64,000 nt of DNA, taken from the IMG/VR virus record IMGVR_UViG_3300025389_001172, positions 32,001 through 96,000 of that record; one strand, 5' to 3'. A program made the translations under genes and the position numbers. How positions within the stretch are numbered: the stretch's first letter is position 1; each line of letters begins with the position of its first letter. The notes below the pieces were generated by a model. That model ran no database searches. It saw only the letters and a list, made by a program, of their open reading frames with translations, and was not told where the DNA came from. The stretch is from a virus. Its lineage: Duplodnaviria; Caudoviricetes. Of this stretch, positions 46,408 through 55,868 are shown piece after piece.

Positions 46408-47156
46408 TTACCGCTCCATTCTATTATTTCCCAGGTGCCATCCCAGTTCTCTACCAAGGCTGTACAGCTCTCAACCCAATCCCCGTCATTCATATAGACA
46501 ACACCATCTATATCTCGGATCTCAGCTGTATGTATGTGTCCACATATTATACCATCATAGCCCTTGGTTTTGCAATAGTCTGCGAGTAATTTCTCAAAAT
46601 TTAATATATAACCCACTGCCTGTTTGGTGTTCTGTTTTATCCATTTACTGATGCTCCAGTATGGCAGGCCCATACGGCTACGGATCATGGCCCAATAGTC
46701 GTTTAGTCTCACTATGAGATCATATAACCAATCGCCGACGTGCATCAATAGTCTACCGCTAGATACCTGCATGAGACCATCAAACAGATCTCCGTGTATG
46801 ATTAGATACCTACGTCCATCTAATCCGATATAATCCTCACGATTGGAAAATGTTAGACGTCCTAGATTGGGTATGTAGTGTAACCATTTGCGTATAGCTT
46901 CATCGTGATTGCCTGCTATATAGAATACTCGAGTACCTTTCTTGGCCAGTTTCAGTACCCTGCGAATTACGTCTGAATGACTCTGTGGCCAATACCAATT
47001 TTGTTTAAGTCTCCATCCATCTACTATGTCACCTACTAGGTATAGGTTGTCTGATGAATTACGTTTAAGGAAATCCAGTAGTAGTTCTGCTTTACAGCCT
47101 CTCGATCCTAGATGTATGTCGCTGATAAAAATAGAGCGATAATTTGGCTTTTTCAT
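46404..47156 (-). CDS. UDP-2,3-diacylglucosamine hydrolase (LpxH)-like metallophosphoesterase
   Basis: SDIHLG, GDIVDGW, GNHD, HGDLFD, CGHIH, NDGDWVES. Confidence 0.85.
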   Translation of the reverse strand: MKKPNYRSIFISDIHLGSRGCKAELLLDFLKRNSSDNLYLVGDIVDGWRLKQNWYWPQSHSDVIRRVLKLAKKGTRVFYIAGNHDEAIRKWLHYIPNLGRLTFSNREDYIGLDGRRYLIIHGDLFDGLMQVSSGRLLMHVGDWLYDLIVRLNDYWAMIRSRMGLPYWSISKWIKQNTKQAVGYILNFEKLLADYCKTKGYDGIICGHIHTAEIRDIDGVVYMNDGDWVESCTALVENWDGTWEIIEWSGK

Positions 47157-47399
47157 ACCAATATTTATCGCCCTATATATTACTGTACTTTTTCTGTGTG
47201 TTTATGATTGAGACTTTTCTTTAGGATCTTGAACCAGATCTTTTTGACCTTCTCTAGATTGTGTTCAATTTCAGCCTTGTTCAACTTTGTTACTAATTTT
47301 TGGATTTTCATAATCGGCCCTCCTTGGATAGATATTTATAATAGAAAAACGGAAACAATATTAAACTATCGTTTCCGTTCTGTTACTGACGCTACAGAT

Positions 47400-49331
47400 T
47401 TAGAATGCTATCTGTACTGAAGCCTGTGCTGAATTGTTAACGAAGCCATTAAATCTTTGGCTGTTGAATCCCAGACGAACCTGTGTACGATCCTTGACAT
47501 TGGTACTGAGTCCAGCACTGACTGTGTTAAGATCCTGTGTATTCCTAGATACTTCAGCATAGACATTGGTACTAGGTAATAGCGGTATGACCTGCTCAAC
47601 TCTCACACCTGATTCATAGCTGGTCTGGCTCTGACGTATTGGATCATAGGTCACAGCAGTCATATCACTACCAGCATCGGCTGCACCGTTGGTCTTGGTA
47701 AGATCATAGCGTGCTCCAACGAATGGACGTATGCCACGATAGGCCGGAGCATAGGCACGACCGTTGACCCAAAGATCAACACCGTTAGTGCTGGCACTGT
47801 TAGCATAGCCTAATTCAGGTAAACTGTGTGCTGTGGAATATCTGTTTACAGCACCTGCGACATCTGCTTTGAATAACCAATCTTTATAACTCTTAAGAGC
47901 ATAAACACCTAGAGCATCTTTCTGTAGTTGTCCACTGCTGTTATCAGAACTCATGTTGACCTGCACACGATGATACTGTGCTCCGACTGTTAGGTCAGAA
48001 CTAATACGGTGATCATAGCCCACACCAATACGACTTGTGTTGAAACTGGTGCTGTCTGGAGTATTGCTACGACTTCCCTGTACATTTACCCAATCAACTC
48101 CGTCACGTCCATTCCAGCCCTGTGTACCATCAGGGTGACGACCTAGTATGTCGCTGTCTAGTCCATGGTTAAGGGCACCGTTGATCTGTCCTAATTTGGC
48201 CAACTGATCGATACGTGTTGTGTAGTCTTGTGGTACTGCTACTACTCCTGTGGCGCTACCATTGGTAGTAACTGTGACCACATTGTTGGCCACCGAACTA
48301 GTCACTACTGGTGTTCCGTTGGTTACCACTACGCTACCGTCACTGTAGGTATCTGTGGTAACAGGTGTTGTTGTAACTGTAGTTGTAACAGGAGTTGTGG
48401 TAACTGTGGTCAATACCCAAGGAGTCACTGTTGTAGTTGTTGTAGTCCTAGTAACTGTTAGTACCTGAGGTGTTTGACCTCTACGAGCATCAGTGAGAGC
48501 CACAGTGCTTGTTGGAGCACCATAGGCTGTGCTGTTGGTAACCACCGGGGTACCGTTGACTGAACTCGAACTCACAGAATTAGCAGTAGTTGAACTCACT
48601 ATAGTTGGAGCTGGAGGTGGAGGTGGATTGGTATTTCCAGCATTACTACCCACGGCTGGAGTGGCCAACGTGGTAAATCCTGAACCTGCTCTCATGCTAC
48701 AGTTTGCCGCGGCTATAGTCACGTCAGCACAGGCGCCAGCATAGACGCCTATCTGGACCCCACTGTTAACTGTGTTATTACCATAAACACTGAATGACAG
48801 TGAATATGTGATTCCAGAAGTAAGGCTAACACCTTGATAGATACCATCGAAACTACCAACGGCACCGTCGATCCAAGAACCTGCTGTTGAGGTGTTGACT
48901 CCTTGTCCACCGTTATAAACCACATTCTGCCAATTCTGTCCTGGTGCTTGCCAAGTACCTGCGGCAGCCGGGGTAGTACCATTCTGATACCATACACCCC
49001 AATACTGCGGAGCCTGTAGTCCATTTTGTCCAGGTATCGCTCCACCTGTGGCAAAATTACCATTGGTGACTAGATTACTACCGCCACCTGTGTTGAGTAA
49101 TACGTTGCCCAGTGTCCAATAGGCCGGATCCTGTCTAAAAGCAAATCCCACATAGTTAGCACCTGTTGTTGATGGTGAGAATGTGTAGGTATAGTTCTGC
49201 CAAGTGTTAGCAGAAGTATATGCTATACCTGTGCTACTGCTGATATTGTCTACTGTGGGTAATAGCTGTGCTATACCAGTGGTTGATACAAAGATCAACA
49301 AGGCCGCAATGGCCCTTTTGATTAATTTCAT
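47400..49331 (-). CDS. Autotransporter-like outer-membrane protein
   Basis: Signal peptide, beta-sandwich passenger, poly-Pro linker, Thr/Val-rich stalk, amphipathic beta-barrel ending in Phe (VQIAF). Confidence 0.75.
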   Translation of the reverse strand: MKLIKRAIAALLIFVSTTGIAQLLPTVDNISSSTGIAYTSANTWQNYTYTFSPSTTGANYVGFAFRQDPAYWTLGNVLLNTGGGSNLVTNGNFATGGAIPGQNGLQAPQYWGVWYQNGTTPAAAGTWQAPGQNWQNVVYNGGQGVNTSTAGSWIDGAVGSFDGIYQGVSLTSGITYSLSFSVYGNNTVNSGVQIGVYAGACADVTIAAANCSMRAGSGFTTLATPAVGSNAGNTNPPPPPAPTIVSSTTANSVSSSSVNGTPVVTNSTAYGAPTSTVALTDARRGQTPQVLTVTRTTTTTTVTPWVLTTVTTTPVTTTVTTTPVTTDTYSDGSVVVTNGTPVVTSSVANNVVTVTTNGSATGVVAVPQDYTTRIDQLAKLGQINGALNHGLDSDILGRHPDGTQGWNGRDGVDWVNVQGSRSNTPDSTSFNTSRIGVGYDHRISSDLTVGAQYHRVQVNMSSDNSSGQLQKDALGVYALKSYKDWLFKADVAGAVNRYSTAHSLPELGYANSASTNGVDLWVNGRAYAPAYRGIRPFVGARYDLTKTNGAADAGSDMTAVTYDPIRQSQTSYESGVRVEQVIPLLPSTNVYAEVSRNTQDLNTVSAGLSTNVKDRTQVRLGFNSQRFNGFVNNSAQASVQIAF

Positions 49332-49387
49332 ACGTCGCTCCCGTAATGATGTTAGTGTGCTATTATTTACTGCTTATATTATTATAA

Positions 49388-49957
49388 TTAATTGCGTATA
49401 TAACTCCAGCCCGATCCACAAGGATTGCACTGTATGTTCATGCCGCCTTGACTGGCCTGTGTGGGATTGGTCTGCTGAATGGTTACACCAGCACCAGTGG
49501 CACCATTTAGCCAGAGATTGAATGTTTTATCTGCACCGGCACCGCCACTTTGTGTGACATCTACAGTATTGTTATTATTAGTTGTACCTGCAACACCGGT
49601 TATGGTCATGCTGTGATTACCGGCACCGGTCTGCGTGATACCTATGTTGTTGGCCGATCCGTTTAGGTTCTGTATGTTGGCAGTATGATTGCCTGTGCCG
49701 TCTTGGAACATGATAACCCCATTGTTAATACCCGACGGTATGTCTACTGTGGCAGTTTTAGCACCTGTACCCTGCTGTGTTATGTTTATCGTAGTGTTGT
49801 CCGCAGGACTGGTTTTACCTAAGGTTAATGTTGCTGAATGCCCTGATCCATCTTGCGTGATTGAGATGGTGTTGTTGTCACCTACCTGATCTATGTTAAC
49901 AGTATTATCTGCTGCCCACACATTGAAACAGACTAGAGCTAATAGAAATCGTTTCAT
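49388..49957 (-). CDS. Curlin-repeat protein (CsgA/CsgB-like)
   Basis: Signal peptide; repeats such as NTVNIDQVGDNN and NTISITQDGSGH. Confidence 0.75.
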   Translation of the reverse strand: MKRFLLALVCFNVWAADNTVNIDQVGDNNTISITQDGSGHSATLTLGKTSPADNTTINITQQGTGAKTATVDIPSGINNGVIMFQDGTGNHTANIQNLNGSANNIGITQTGAGNHSMTITGVAGTTNNNNTVDVTQSGGAGADKTFNLWLNGATGAGVTIQQTNPTQASQGGMNIQCNPCGSGWSYIRN

Positions 49958-51066
49958 TTTTGTATTAAGGTAATGGTGGTGTTACTGCCCGAGTTTACTC
50001 GGTTCTTAAAATCTAAAGGGCCCTGTGTCATATAAATGGTGCTGTTTTGATTTTTAGGTACAGTTACACTCATTACGTCACTGCCGTTATCCCGACTTAG
50101 AGTTACAGTATTGTCATCTACTGTGGCTACTATGCCAGATATAGCAGTATAATCTGGCAATAGTCCTGATTTGGTATTGTTCAGCAGGTCTAGCTGTGCA
50201 GCCAACTGTGCATTGATAATGTCCAAGATATTGGCCAAGAACGTTTGATCCAGGAAATTGCGGCTCAGTGTATCTTTGAATAGGTCTTTTTCCTGTGCAT
50301 CAAACGCATTAACCAGGCCGGTTTCTTTTAAGAAGTCTACATCAAGTGCACCTTTAGAGTCTACTCGAACTTGTGTTTTTTCGTTGTTTTGTTGTAGTTG
50401 TTTAGGTGGTGCTACTATTAGCATATTGTTGATAGCATCTTCGCCTATTCGCAACACCACTGGTTTCAATGGCATGACACCGCGAGTTTCTACTTTGGTC
50501 GCTTGAAATGCCTGATCTAGCAGAACTTTACCCACATCGGTTATAACCTCAATCGAGCCAGTTTTACAATCACGTTCTACATCTCGATATCCAGCCGGGC
50601 AACTGGGTAATAGTATGATGGTACTAGCACCTAACTCGTCTACAGTGGCACTGAAATCAGTACCTCGTACAGCAATAGTGGCACTAGGAGTATTGAGAGC
50701 AACCTTACTAGGATCGTTTTTAGCAATAGCACCTGACGCATAACGTACAGTACCCGATGCCATATTAAGCGCCAGCTTGCCTACAGCAGGTCGTTTGGGA
50801 TCGTAGACAAAATCATCAATGACTAACCGGCTGTTTTCGTTTACCTGTACTCGAGTATCATCCTGGAAGGTTATTCCCACCTTGCCCCGGGCTGTCCGTA
50901 TCGCATCCTGCATCTCCACCCCCGAGCCCCGAGTTCCCTCCAAGGTCGTCTTCGACCGTTGTATCGAAGGCGGCACATTAACCTGTTCCGTTATGGTCCC
51001 TATCGCCGCGATGGTGTCTTGCGATGAGATCAGCAAGAGTACGCATAATACTTCCTTCCATATCAA
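49954..51066 (-). CDS. FecR-domain periplasmic protein
   Basis: DAIRT, ITFQDDTRVQVNENSRL, GTVRY, TPSATIAVRGTDF; start probably TTG at 51066 rather than 51198. Confidence 0.85.
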   Translation of the reverse strand: MIWKEVLCVLLLISSQDTIAAIGTITEQVNVPPSIQRSKTTLEGTRGSGVEMQDAIRTARGKVGITFQDDTRVQVNENSRLVIDDFVYDPKRPAVGKLALNMASGTVRYASGAIAKNDPSKVALNTPSATIAVRGTDFSATVDELGASTIILLPSCPAGYRDVERDCKTGSIEVITDVGKVLLDQAFQATKVETRGVMPLKPVVLRIGEDAINNMLIVAPPKQLQQNNEKTQVRVDSKGALDVDFLKETGLVNAFDAQEKDLFKDTLSRNFLDQTFLANILDIINAQLAAQLDLLNNTKSGLLPDYTAISGIVATVDDNTVTLSRDNGSDVMSVTVPKNQNSTIYMTQGPLDFKNRVNSGSNTTITLIQK

Positions 51067-51233
51067 TCTCCTCTTAAAAACCATGAACATTTCTGTAGTT
51101 CTTTCATTATCTGATCGGCCGTGGTACCGTGTACACGAGCTGCCATCTCCACGAAATCTAACCAACGCTGTGCCGCATTGGTCTGTCCGTCGGCCCATTG
51201 CTGATACATATTTTTAAGTGTCCACTGATCCAT
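51063..51233 (-). CDS. Small hypothetical protein (56 aa, MDQWTLKNMY...)
   Basis: Manual translation; fills the gap between curlin and FecR. Confidence 0.45.
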   Translation of the reverse strand: MDQWTLKNMYQQWADGQTNAAQRWLDFVEMAARVHGTTADQIMKELQKCSWFLRGD

Positions 51234-51234
51234 A

Positions 51235-52017
51235 TTAGTGATTGTTTTGATTTATAGTCATACTACCTCCACTGCCAGCGATCTTTAGGTTAGCAATATT
51301 ATCACCACCAGTACCAGTCTGTGTAACACCTACAGTATTACCAGAGCCGGTAATATCAATAGTAGATTGATGACCGTTTACTCCACCGGTTTGCAGGACA
51401 TTGACTGTGTTTGTAGCACCTGCTATGGTCACAGCACTGGTTCCACCTGGACTCTGTAGATCCATGCTGACAGTATTACCGCCCCCGCCGGTTATAGCCA
51501 AGGTACCTGTGATATTATCACCTAGAGCACCAATGGTAGCTGAGTTATTGGCTCCACCAGCTGTGTTGACCGTTATAGTGTTGCTAGCACCAATGGATTT
51601 AATATCGGCCGAGCTGGCATTACCTGATTGTGTCACCCCAATGTTGTTGCCTGAGCTGTTGGTTGTGTTACTACCAAGCTGTATAGTAGCTGAGCTATTC
51701 ATACTGTTACTAACGCTGTAGTTAACTGTACTAGCTGCCACTGATGTGTCAGTCTGTATGCCCAGTCGTAGTGTATTACCGCTACCGACCTGACTTACCG
51801 ATACCTGATTACCATCTCCGTAGATTTTGGCAGGTGTAGTAGAACTTGTACCTACACCTGGTAGGCCCCTAACCACGTTGCCTGCTCCATCCTGTGATAT
51901 GGCTACTATGGCGTTATCGCCGGCCTGATCAATATAGATACTATTGTCTGCGGCCCAACTGTTTATGTTCATAATGGCTAGCATTAGTAGTGTTATTTTA
52001 GCTAGTTTTGTTTTCAT
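51235..52017 (-). CDS. Curlin-repeat protein (CsgA/CsgB-like)
   Basis: Signal peptide; NSIYIDQAGDN, NQVSVSQVGSGN, NTVGVTQTG repeats. Confidence 0.75.
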   Translation of the reverse strand: MKTKLAKITLLMLAIMNINSWAADNSIYIDQAGDNAIVAISQDGAGNVVRGLPGVGTSSTTPAKIYGDGNQVSVSQVGSGNTLRLGIQTDTSVAASTVNYSVSNSMNSSATIQLGSNTTNSSGNNIGVTQSGNASSADIKSIGASNTITVNTAGGANNSATIGALGDNITGTLAITGGGGNTVSMDLQSPGGTSAVTIAGATNTVNVLQTGGVNGHQSTIDITGSGNTVGVTQTGTGGDNIANLKIAGSGGSMTINQNNH

Positions 52018-52037
52018 TTTGGTTTCCTTACGGTCTG

Positions 52038-53108
52038 TTAGTTGGCCGCTCTTAATCGCTCTCTTTTTACGAATCCTTTTACTCCTATCGCTATTTCTAC
52101 TTCTACTACATCCTTCACGTCTGTGTCTTTAACCGTTGCTACAGTGTTGGCTGGTACTACTACGAAAGGTCCATATAAGGGTCCTTCGAGATTTGATTTA
52201 CGTTTATAAACTTTGGTATTAGCCGCAAACACCATCTTTACTATTTTGGGTTCTTCTGCTTTTTTGACTTCTGGAACTACTACTACTGGAGGTGGAGGCG
52301 GTGCTACAGGTGCCTGCACAGATTCAGGTTTACGATAGTCCCAGATACCCTTGCGCTCACCTTCCTTGATTAGTTCTACCACAGCGGCTTCGATCGTGGC
52401 CTTGACAGCTAGCGTACCTGGTTCGTTTATGGTTAATCCTGCTTCAGCTTCAAATGCCTGTGTACCGTCGTCTAGGAATTTTAACACGGCAAAACTGTCG
52501 GCAGTGCTGTACACTATCTTGGTCACGTGTACAGCCGCCAAGACCTTGCCGGTATTGACACTTATGGCTCGCAAACTGATAGTCACTGTGTCTTTGCTGT
52601 ACTGTGTCTGTGTGCCTATACCCAGGAAACGATGTGCGGCTCCGCCTGATTCAGATCCCGAATCATAACCAATGATACCACCTTCCATGATGATGCCGGC
52701 AAACTGCATGGGCATGAGCGGTTTGGCATTGACACCTTCATAGGCTTCACGCATCTGGCGTATGATTGTGCGTTCTTTGGTTAAAGCATCTATATTGATT
52801 CTTTCTACAACATCAAACCATTGCCCGTGCCCCACATCCTGTAGGGCCTTGATCAAGAACACTTCGGCCCCTTGTGTGACTGCTGTACTCAGACTAGCAA
52901 TACCCGATACTGGTTTGCGTTGTCCGGTTTTATCAGCAAAATTATACACTGCCACGCTGAGCTTTCGCCCCTCTGGTGGTGGTATCGAATCAAACTCTTT
53001 TTGCATGCGATTTGGCACCACTTCGGGTTGGTATTCAAAACCGGCTTTTTGAACTATAGCACAACCTGCAAGTGCAAGTATCATGACGAGGGATAGAATT
53101 TTTTTCAT
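52038..53108 (-). CDS. csgG: Curli secretion channel lipoprotein CsgG
   Basis: Lipobox LAGC, VAVYNFADKTGQRK, STAVTQG, WFDVVER, ERTIIR, EGGIIGYD, NEP, AIEAAV-like motif. Confidence 0.93.
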   Translation of the reverse strand: MKKILSLVMILALAGCAIVQKAGFEYQPEVVPNRMQKEFDSIPPPEGRKLSVAVYNFADKTGQRKPVSGIASLSTAVTQGAEVFLIKALQDVGHGQWFDVVERINIDALTKERTIIRQMREAYEGVNAKPLMPMQFAGIIMEGGIIGYDSGSESGGAAHRFLGIGTQTQYSKDTVTISLRAISVNTGKVLAAVHVTKIVYSTADSFAVLKFLDDGTQAFEAEAGLTINEPGTLAVKATIEAAVVELIKEGERKGIWDYRKPESVQAPVAPPPPPVVVVPEVKKAEEPKIVKMVFAANTKVYKRKSNLEGPLYGPFVVVPANTVATVKDTDVKDVVEVEIAIGVKGFVKRERLRAAN

Positions 53109-53109
53109 A

Positions 53110-53565
53110 TTAAAATTGGAATTGTCCTAGAGGTACTGTGACCTGTGTTTGATTGCCCACTGTGTCAGTCACTGTGAGGTATACATTTGAGCTATCTTTG
53201 GTCCAGAATATGGTATTGCCTTCAAAGTTCAATGACCCACTTGTACTACCACCCGATGCAAACATGGCAGTGGCTAGATTCTGGCTGATCTGTGCGTAGA
53301 TACGGCTTTCTAGATTGTTCAAGAACTTGGCCAAATTGGTGTTCTGTGCGGCTGCCGCCTGTGCCTGTAGTGCAGCCTGTATGTCTTTGGCTATCTGTTG
53401 CTGACGTGTGTATTCCTGGTTTTCTATGGTCAACACATGACTGCTGTAACCGTTGCCGTTAAAACTAGGACTTTTGAAACTGTAATCAGCCATTGGTGTA
53501 GAAACGGCTAGGGGCGTCCAGGATAGGATACCAGCAGTAAGTAAGATTTTGTATAGTGTATTCAA
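53110..53565 (-). CDS. csgF: Curli assembly component CsgF
   Basis: Signal peptide; YSFKSPSFNG (CsgF F.NP.FGG-like), FLNNLESR, G.QTQVTVP; adjacent to csgG. Confidence 0.82.
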   Translation of the reverse strand: MNTLYKILLTAGILSWTPLAVSTPMADYSFKSPSFNGNGYSSHVLTIENQEYTRQQQIAKDIQAALQAQAAAAQNTNLAKFLNNLESRIYAQISQNLATAMFASGGSTSGSLNFEGNTIFWTKDSSNVYLTVTDTVGNQTQVTVPLGQFQF

Positions 53566-53613
53566 GGTTTGACTCCTATTAGTATTTAACAGGAATCTGA
53601 TGTTTTTATTGTG

Positions 53614-54669
53614 TTAGATTATATCTTTGGGTATAGGAAGTTGATTTCCTTCTTGATCTACGTAAATAACATCTTTTGTTCCTGATTTTCCAAATGCTCG
53701 TGTAGCAGTAGCCGCGTGTACTCCTAATCCTCTAATACCAGTTTTAGATCTATCATTTTGATTTCTGATGGTAAAATACATCATATGACTTTTTGGAACA
53801 TCTGCTAATTTTGTAATTACAGCATGACACTCTATTTCTATAAAGTTTCCATTTTGTACAAAATGATGTGGTTGGAAATCTTGTATAACTATACCCCCAT
53901 GTGGATTGATATCAGTCCCAAATATAGTTTTAAGTACATCTTCAGGAGTAGGTTGAACAACAATTTCTCTATCAATCCTGTAAATTGGAACAATCTGACC
54001 TTTAATTTCTCTATCTTTAAGTTTAGACAATTTAACCAAACCGTCGTTTATTAATTTTTTTATAATTGGAAACGCTCTTGGTCCAAATAAAGAATCAGCA
54101 GTTTCCCAATTTTCAGCATCGGTTTGTTTAATAGAAACAGGAATTCTTCTATCTGGACTAAAAAGTGCTACATCACCCTTCAATCCGCCTTGAGTTTTAC
54201 TTCCAATATGTTCAACTCTGTTAACTTTTGGAACATCCAAAATTCTTCCTTGATCATCCTTAAATCTCACGTTTACCGAGCCAGATGCATCGATTTCTTT
54301 TTGTATTAATTTTGCTAGAGCTATTTCATTCGCCTTACCACTATGTTTAGTCCCTTGTGTTTTATTATTTTTGTAGGCAATAGTGAACGGGCTACCATCA
54401 ATAACGATACCCCCTAAACTAGAAGTATTTTTATTAGGATCAAAATGTGTATTACGACCTAATTCTTTAGCCAATACAGGTACTAATTGTTGCATGGCAT
54501 TTAATCGCCATTTGTTTTGATCCTTATCCGGAAAATCAATTAATGGTAATATTTTGTTGCCATTTTTTTTGATACCTTTAATATCCGGAACAATCCTATT
54601 GAGAACTAACTCTAAATCGTTATAGGTTAACGAATCTGATATTTCAAAAAGTAAGTCAATTATACGCAT
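53614..54669 (-). CDS. AT-rich protein with putative PD-(D/E)XK nuclease motif
   Basis: GKANE...KGDVAL..VSIK; visibly more AT-rich than its neighbours. Confidence 0.5.
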   Translation of the reverse strand: MRIIDLLFEISDSLTYNDLELVLNRIVPDIKGIKKNGNKILPLIDFPDKDQNKWRLNAMQQLVPVLAKELGRNTHFDPNKNTSSLGGIVIDGSPFTIAYKNNKTQGTKHSGKANEIALAKLIQKEIDASGSVNVRFKDDQGRILDVPKVNRVEHIGSKTQGGLKGDVALFSPDRRIPVSIKQTDAENWETADSLFGPRAFPIIKKLINDGLVKLSKLKDREIKGQIVPIYRIDREIVVQPTPEDVLKTIFGTDINPHGGIVIQDFQPHHFVQNGNFIEIECHAVITKLADVPKSHMMYFTIRNQNDRSKTGIRGLGVHAATATRAFGKSGTKDVIYVDQEGNQLPIPKDII

Positions 54670-54679
54670 AATACGTTAT

Positions 54680-55351
54680 TTACCCAAATTCAGGAAACAG
54701 TATCTCATCTACGAATTTGCGTATTACAGTTTCTTCTACACCCATTGAGACCATACTGCGTACTACATGCGGATTCTGCTTTTGATAACGGCAGTATCGA
54801 TCTTGCTCCGCACGATAATCCGCATCTTCTTGCTTATAGCTTCCTATATTGGCCAGATAGTAGTGTAGGCTTTTCATCGCTATATGGCACAGTGATTCTA
54901 GTTCTGCTTCTTCATTGACATTGCCCGCGGCTATCATGCTAGGACTGAATATGGCTCGGGCCCAATCGGGTAATTCTCTAGGCTTGTTCCACTGTAGATC
55001 TTCTGTTTCTTCGGCAAACCATGACATCATAGGATGTTGAGGATCCGCAGTAGCTGAGAAATCTAGGAATGTGCCTGTGATCTTGTTTGGACCGCAGACA
55101 GCATCAAATCCCCAGATCGGACCTGGATCATTTAATTTTGGAAATATAGTGCAGTGTAAGATGTATATTTTATGACTCTGTCGTTTATCTACGATTTCTA
55201 CGTGGGCTCTACGGTATGAACCGCTGTGGAATATGGCATTGTGCCAATCGTACCCTTCGATATGATTATTAAACAGTTTACCTGATGTGGCTAATTTATA
55301 TTCTATATCTCGGGCTAATTTTTCTATACGGTCTTGTACATTAACAGTCAT
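54680..55351 (-). CDS. Ferredoxin-dependent bilin reductase (PcyA/PcyX-like)
   Basis: RRAHVE, ILHCTIFP, PIWGFDAV, KITGTFLDFS, RELPDWARAIFSP, YCRYQKQN. Confidence 0.85.
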   Translation of the reverse strand: MTVNVQDRIEKLARDIEYKLATSGKLFNNHIEGYDWHNAIFHSGSYRRAHVEIVDKRQSHKIYILHCTIFPKLNDPGPIWGFDAVCGPNKITGTFLDFSATADPQHPMMSWFAEETEDLQWNKPRELPDWARAIFSPSMIAAGNVNEEAELESLCHIAMKSLHYYLANIGSYKQEDADYRAEQDRYCRYQKQNPHVVRSMVSMGVEETVIRKFVDEILFPEFG

Positions 55352-55868
55352 AGGTCCCTAGTATCTTGATAGCCCAATCAAAAGCCACGTTGGCTTCATC
55401 AGCCATACTGTCATCTAGCATACCACGCAATACGAACATGAGGTCTTTGCTGTTTTCGAACTCTAGATGACTATGTGGAGCATCTATGATCTTCTTGATC
55501 ATCTGTCCGCCAAACATATCACCCATGTGCCAGGTATACAGGTGTGCCAGCACTGCGTTAGGATCGGTAAGGTCTCTGATATAACCGCAGTAGTCTGTGG
55601 TCTCTAGCTTTAAGAAATGTCGGTCATCTCTGCCCTGCATCATTTCTTCATAGTCTGCCAGTATGAGTTCTGCACGTTCGATGCCTGGGAGATCGTCTAA
55701 CAGCCCTAGAGCCTGGCAGCGAATCTCGATACTCTTGTACCAAGAGTATTTTTGATAGGTATAATCGATCCATACCTCCATCGGCAGTGTGTGATCAAAT
55801 ACGGCCTGCATGAATCGAGTACTTTCTGCGGCCTTGTGGCGTTCTTGTGTTAGTTCTTTGAGGCTCAT
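55341..55868 (-). CDS. Heme oxygenase
   Basis: LKELTQERHKAAE (proximal His), AHLYTWHMGDMFGGQMI, EANVAF. Confidence 0.9.
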   Translation of the reverse strand: MSLKELTQERHKAAESTRFMQAVFDHTLPMEVWIDYTYQKYSWYKSIEIRCQALGLLDDLPGIERAELILADYEEMMQGRDDRHFLKLETTDYCGYIRDLTDPNAVLAHLYTWHMGDMFGGQMIKKIIDAPHSHLEFENSKDLMFVLRGMLDDSMADEANVAFDWAIKILGTYDC

